The translations under genes and the position numbers were made by a program. Of a DNA stretch of 64,000 nucleotides, positions 59,153-64,000 are shown piece by piece. Within the stretch, counting starts at the first letter, position 1, and each line of letters starts with the position of its first letter. The notes under the pieces were generated by a model that worked only from the letters and a program-made list of their open reading frames with translations, was not told the origin of the DNA and did no database searches. Source of the DNA: Schizochytrium sp. TIO01 (taxonomy: Eukaryota; Protista; Bigyra: Labyrinthulomycetes); NCBI GenBank assembly GCA_004764695.1, contig SMSO01000031.1, positions 6,244,761-6,308,760 of the forward strand. The letters run 5' to 3'.

Positions 59153-60850
59153 GTGATCGTCAGTTTAATTGTCTTAAAGTCCGTCCAAGCCCTGCATAGA
59201 AAGAGATGAGCAGAGTCTTAGTAGTTTGCTGGTTTGTAAAAAATATTTCCGTTTTTTGTATCATTTTTAATTGCTTGTCTACCTTGTCTTTTGGGGCATC
59301 GTTTCTAGTTCATATTCTGAGCTTCAACGCAGTGTTCCCACGGTTGTCTCTGTCTTGGGCAGATGTTGTGACAAACTAAGGAATAAGGCAATCAATCTCC
59401 TTGCTTTAGAGAATTTGCTCGCAAGAGTGTTCCTGGAACGAAGCCTTCAAGTCCTGTCTTTTCGACGTGCCCAACGCCACTGCTTCGACCCCTAATTTCA
59501 CAATCCCGACTGAGCCCTCCGCAACCAGTGCAGGTTCCACCGCACCTGCCTTCTATCAATCCACATGAACCCAAGGAACCCAAAACGCTCCTGCTCTCGT
59601 TCCAGGGCACTCGCGATAACCCCTCAAATGCATGCTGACTTTCCATCTCCGTGCATGCACATCTCACTACTTCGAAGAATCGTTAAGCACCAAAGCCAAA
59701 GCCGGCTCCCGGGATCCTGCAAAACATTGGGGACCCTCCCACGAGCGGCATCATCCTGAAGGTATTCGTCCACCGCCTTGTACAGCGGCGTATCTTGGTT
59801 TCTTGTAACCAGAGAACGTGCCTTAAGTTCGTGGCCAAGGCGGTCAGGGATGCCACAGCTTTTCCACTGCTACCACCCGCGCAGGCCAAAACCAAAATAA
59901 AGTCAACCTCCCCGCTGCCCGTGCTGTCTCCGCTGCAAATCTGCTTTCATTCGAGGCGCCGTGCGTCGCAGAGGATTCCACGCTGCGCAAGTCCATTCCG
60001 AGCGGTTCTGGAGACCAATGTGCCAAGTTCTTTCCTTTTACAGGTGAGCGTGGCCAAACCATAATTGAGCGAGAACTCAGCTCTCTCAACACAGCCGTGC
60101 ATCCGTCCAAGTGCAGTCTCAGTCTCCGCTCAAACTGTCCTGCTCAGGGCTGCAGATTCAGGGTTTCTCAGCTGCTGTTGCCTCGCTTGCGAAACCATTT
60201 CACAGTCTAAGATCAAATCACATCAGATTTGATCAGTTCTTTCATTTGCATTGAAGAGTCGAAAACCGAACAGGTAATACGGAATTTGCAAAGCCAAGAC
60301 CGAGATAACTAACTGACTTTCAGGCAACCAAAAGCTGTGCGTAGCGCTATTGAGGCAAAGGAAGAGACCTTGAAAGCGTCGCGCATTGCTATCTCGATCG
60401 AATCAGCTTTGGCCACCAGATAGATGCACACGTGACATACGTGCTGTACAATCTCGGTTAAAATTATATCTCTGAGAGAAGTTTTGTTATTTGAGTGAGA
60501 ACAAAAAGTTCTCAACGAAAGCTGAAACCAAGGTCGGCGAATCATTGTGCACATCAATAATTTGACTCGGCAAGCGAATCGCGTGGGCACTGAGCGTTTG
60601 CCCAGCAGCGCCGCTGCTTGAATGTACTGCCCTTGACTGTTTGGCTATGCTTGAGCTCTTTCAACGAAGTTTTGTTTGACTTTGGACGCCAAAAAGACTA
60701 AAAAGAGAAGAACGAAGCATTTATTTATAAATTGAAAAAAAAAAAAAAAACAGGAAAGAAAAAAAAAAAAAAAAAAAAAAAAAGCGCAAGAGAATGGACA
60801 TCTTTCTGATGCTACTCTTCAGACCCAGAACTACTTCACGCGGGACCACC

Positions 60851-62956
60851 ATGGAGGATGCCCTCGTTGGTGATCGCCATGCTACGGGAATAGACACACG
60901 CAACCCTAAGCGTCCCCGATCCCAGGCGAGCTCGGCGTCAGGTACTGTGGAGAGGGCCATGAGCACTGTCATGCCGCTAGTCGCCAGCTTCTTCTCACAG
61001 GCGGAGGCGCGCGAGCTCTTATCTCCTGTATCAAGAGGCGTGCGTCGTGCAGTTTCGCGAGCGCAGGTTGTGACTCCTGACGTCGGAGCTTGGGACTTTT
61101 TGCACGAAATGGCCTCCCAGGGAGCCAGGAGCTGCGAGATCAAAAGAACCTATCATGAGGCTCGCAAGAACGCCAAACAGAACTTCAATAACAGTAGCAG
61201 CAGCAGCAGCAGCAGTAGCAGTAGCAGCAGCAGTAGCAGTAGCAGCAGCAGCAACCATGTTAGCACGCCAAAGGAAGTTCCTTTTTCCTCCAATTCAAGT
61301 TCAAGTGCTGCTGAAAGCCTTAATGACCAAAGCGGAACAAATGATCAAAAAGTTTTGGACCATGCTGCTGATCTGAAGCACAATAAGATGGAGAATAACG
61401 AAGACGATGAAGACGATGAAGACGACTACGATGACGACGATGACGGATTCAATATTGCAAGCATTCTCTCACCGTTTCCACCAAGCACTGTGTGGATGCC
61501 TTTCAAGAATGCTGGGAAGGTGAAAAAGATGGCAATATATGCACAGCTTGGGCGCTTGGTGGTGCTAGTAAACCTTACCAAAGATCAATGTCTGGAAGCT
61601 GGCCTTGATGAGAAAACCCTTCAAACTGTAAAACCTAGGGATGTGATTCATTTACCAAACCTTAAGTCGCAGCGGTACGAAGGTTTCGAGGAACTTGCGT
61701 GGGATCTTGATCAAGTTCGAGTGGTTAAATCTTTCCAAAATCACAAACTAGTGATCGCAGTTATGAGCCCGGCAGACCTGGGAGGTATAAACTCATGGAA
61801 GTTCAAGGCTCGTGGCCAATTTGAGCTGGGGAATATCTGGCACAAGCATCAAACAAAGAATGCCAGGGAGGGTGCCACATGGGCAGACGACATTGCACCT
61901 CCAGAAGTTTGCGATGCTTTGAATGATGCGCTTAACAAAAACGCTCCACCAAACCCTGTAAGAAAACATAAAGTCTTCCCAGACTTTTTGCGTGAGCATA
62001 TGTCCCACGGTGCATATCCATTCATCAGGGATGTCTCTCCATTTGTACCCTCAAAGGACCTCGCCCAACCTCCAGACTTCACTGACGCGGAAGGCAACAT
62101 TAAGGAAGACCGGTTCGGACGACCAATCGTATTGCCTAAGTATCAACTTCTTCCGACTTATTTTGATATTGATAAATCACGCGGGGTGACGATTCGAAAC
62201 GACATTGATGGTTTGCGCCCAGCCTCGCGCTTCCCAGAGCTTTATGATTCTATCGCACGTCTTTTTCGGGTAATGCTACCCCGAATTGAGGCAACTCTCT
62301 CGTATGTACGTTGGTTTCAGGCAGCAACTAAAAATGATTCTGATTTTGATCCTGCAACGGGCGCAAATATCCCCCTTGAACGAATTGATCTTACAGGGCG
62401 TTCTCTTCAAGTCATTACCAAGATAGTGGATTATGAGCTGCAACCTGGGCAGTTCTATGACACTCAGTGGAGCGTCAAGGCTATGTTTCACGAGAGAGTT
62501 GCTGTTCGTTGCTTCTTTGTACTGGACCGAGACGAAGCTTTGACAGGCGCAAATGTTCTTTTTCGCCGCTGGTACTTGCCCAAAGAAATGGACTTCTTAG
62601 CTCAACACTTTGGGTTTATGCAGGGTAAGGGCTCGTTGGGTTTGATCAACAGCAAATTTATCCCGTTGGGACGTGTATCGACTCCGGCTGGCCGGGCCAT
62701 TGTGTTCCCTGCTACGCACATGATGACCGTGGATCGTCTTAAAAATACCTCTGACAAGGTCGCCAGATGTCGAATGGTGGCGTTTTTCATTGTAGATCCA
62801 GACCATCGCATTGTATCTACGCAGGAGGTACCAGATCAAAGCTCGATGCTATCCGAGGAAGACACTATGGAACATCTTAATGCTCTTTTTAAAGAACGTA
62901 AGATGTACCAAGAGGACCCGGGGATCTTCTTGGACTACCTTAGTGGTGTTATTTAA
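60851..62956 (+). CDS. DUF4246-family paralog copy 6 (WSVKA / THMMTV) with poly-Ser and acidic expansion
   Basis: Colinear with the other copies. ATG 60851 sits in an ACCACCATGG context, though the ORF is open from 60794. Basic motif NPKRPR. Confidence 0.85.
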   Translation: MEDALVGDRHATGIDTRNPKRPRSQASSASGTVERAMSTVMPLVASFFSQAEARELLSPVSRGVRRAVSRAQVVTPDVGAWDFLHEMASQGARSCEIKRTYHEARKNAKQNFNNSSSSSSSSSSSSSSSSSSSSNHVSTPKEVPFSSNSSSSAAESLNDQSGTNDQKVLDHAADLKHNKMENNEDDEDDEDDYDDDDDGFNIASILSPFPPSTVWMPFKNAGKVKKMAIYAQLGRLVVLVNLTKDQCLEAGLDEKTLQTVKPRDVIHLPNLKSQRYEGFEELAWDLDQVRVVKSFQNHKLVIAVMSPADLGGINSWKFKARGQFELGNIWHKHQTKNAREGATWADDIAPPEVCDALNDALNKNAPPNPVRKHKVFPDFLREHMSHGAYPFIRDVSPFVPSKDLAQPPDFTDAEGNIKEDRFGRPIVLPKYQLLPTYFDIDKSRGVTIRNDIDGLRPASRFPELYDSIARLFRVMLPRIEATLSYVRWFQAATKNDSDFDPATGANIPLERIDLTGRSLQVITKIVDYELQPGQFYDTQWSVKAMFHERVAVRCFFVLDRDEALTGANVLFRRWYLPKEMDFLAQHFGFMQGKGSLGLINSKFIPLGRVSTPAGRAIVFPATHMMTVDRLKNTSDKVARCRMVAFFIVDPDHRIVSTQEVPDQSSMLSEEDTMEHLNALFKERKMYQEDPGIFLDYLSGVI
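61192..61253 (+). repeat. Coding (AGC/AGT)n trinucleotide repeat encoding about 20 Ser
   Basis: Directly visible within copy 6. Confidence 0.9.
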
Positions 62957-64000
62957 CTATAATTTATCCTGCTTGAACGCCGTGAAGCACTTTTTATATG
63001 TTGGTCGGTCTACATTTCCTCAAAGGTGTTCTCTTCCCCGCATTAAAGAATAAAAAAAATTAAATTATTAATACTACCACTCATTTTGAGATTACTCCTT
63101 CTGTCTTTTTCTATAAGAGGTGGTCAGGCAATCAATTAAATTCCGGGGCCTTCTGTTCTGCTTGCAAAGTATCTCATTTTTGTCTGGGTCATCATGGCCA
63201 TATAACAATTCAACCACGTATTACTTAGCGATTGAAAATAAAGTGATTGGTAGATCAGATAATTTGTCTGTGCTTTTGCTGCGCCGACATTTGCAACACA
63301 ACTATGTCATTATTAAATGGAGTGTAACTTACAATCGCTCATTGCAGCATACAGCATGAAACAAACGCTCATAGTTCACAGGAATGTTTCAGCATCAGCA
63401 TTAGACTTGGCGACAGTCCGGCGAATTAAGAGGGACTACAGAAGATCTCTCCACTGTGTTTCGACGCTTCTTCTTTTCCTTAACTCCCAAAGATCTGCTC
63501 AAGTTCTCTTGTTCAGTCTTCTTATTCAGTCTTTTATTGTCTAGTCTCAGCCTGCTCTCTACAGGTCTAAAACTACTACCGCGTGGGCTCTATTTCCATA
63601 GCACCGAAATCATAGTTCTCTGAGACTATCCAGATTAAAGGAGCCCCAGTAGATTGAACTACAGATTTGCCAAGTCCAGGCACAGGAAAACCACAGCTGA
63701 ATAAACAAAGATGGACTCGCCTTCAAAGCACTAGTATATTTCAGATCACCTTGTGCTTCGAGATAGCTTCTTATCGGGTCACACGGAGTCCGCCTTTTAT
63801 ACTGCGTATTTCAGAGCAGCCTCTCTTTCTTTGTTCTCCTGCGCCTCGAAAGCTCGCACTTCCCCTTCTCTGTACGACCTTGAACACCGCTGACGCTGCC
63901 CAGCTCGCTTCATAATTACTCACTATTATTCCTTGTACTTGATCATCTCCAGGTCGAAAGTCTCCACAATTGACACTTCAAGCAACAGCTTGACCTCGAT

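Noticed and set aside
39913-62956. RNR plus 2OG-oxygenase-like genes as a nucleotide-modification cluster or endogenous virus
   Set aside because: They are separated by an ordinary splicing-factor gene. No capsid, polymerase, integrase or terminal repeats are visible, and eukaryotic adjacency alone is not evidence.
1-64000. tRNA, rRNA or snRNA genes and intact transposons
   Set aside because: None recognised by eye. tRNAscan-SE, Infernal and RepeatMasker would be needed to exclude them.

Overview
Gene-dense, intron-poor eukaryotic DNA. GT-AG introns are present, along with ER/KDEL, RGS, MAP2K, Serinc and EF-hand genes. The gene set and architecture suggest a stramenopile protist, probably a thraustochytrid/labyrinthulomycete (inference, not verified). 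The first ~44 kb is mostly single-copy genes: 7TM-RGS, a MAP2K broken by frame changes, an EamA transporter, an LRR-CaaX protein, a CD36-like receptor with an extra membrane domain, an ankyrin protein, cytochrome b561, an ER J-protein, an EFCAB10-like protein, an aminoadipate/kynurenine aminotransferase, Serinc, a GCFC-family protein, and a B12-dependent class II ribonucleotide reductase with a mitochondrial-presequence-like N-terminus. The last ~18 kb (44921-62956) is a six-copy array of DUF4246-type (2OG-Fe(II) dioxygenase-fold) genes, each starting with an F-box-like helical motif. Only the first copy keeps the H-x-E...H metal triad and the family's other conserved motifs. The five others are intact ORFs that have lost the metal ligands, gained NLS-like basic motifs, and diversify in the segments predicted to line the pocket. 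Copies 4 and 5 form a mosaic of near-identical and hypervariable blocks. This putative F-box/pseudo-dioxygenase receptor array is the best candidate for an undescribed system. All assignments come from manual motif reading; no searches were run.
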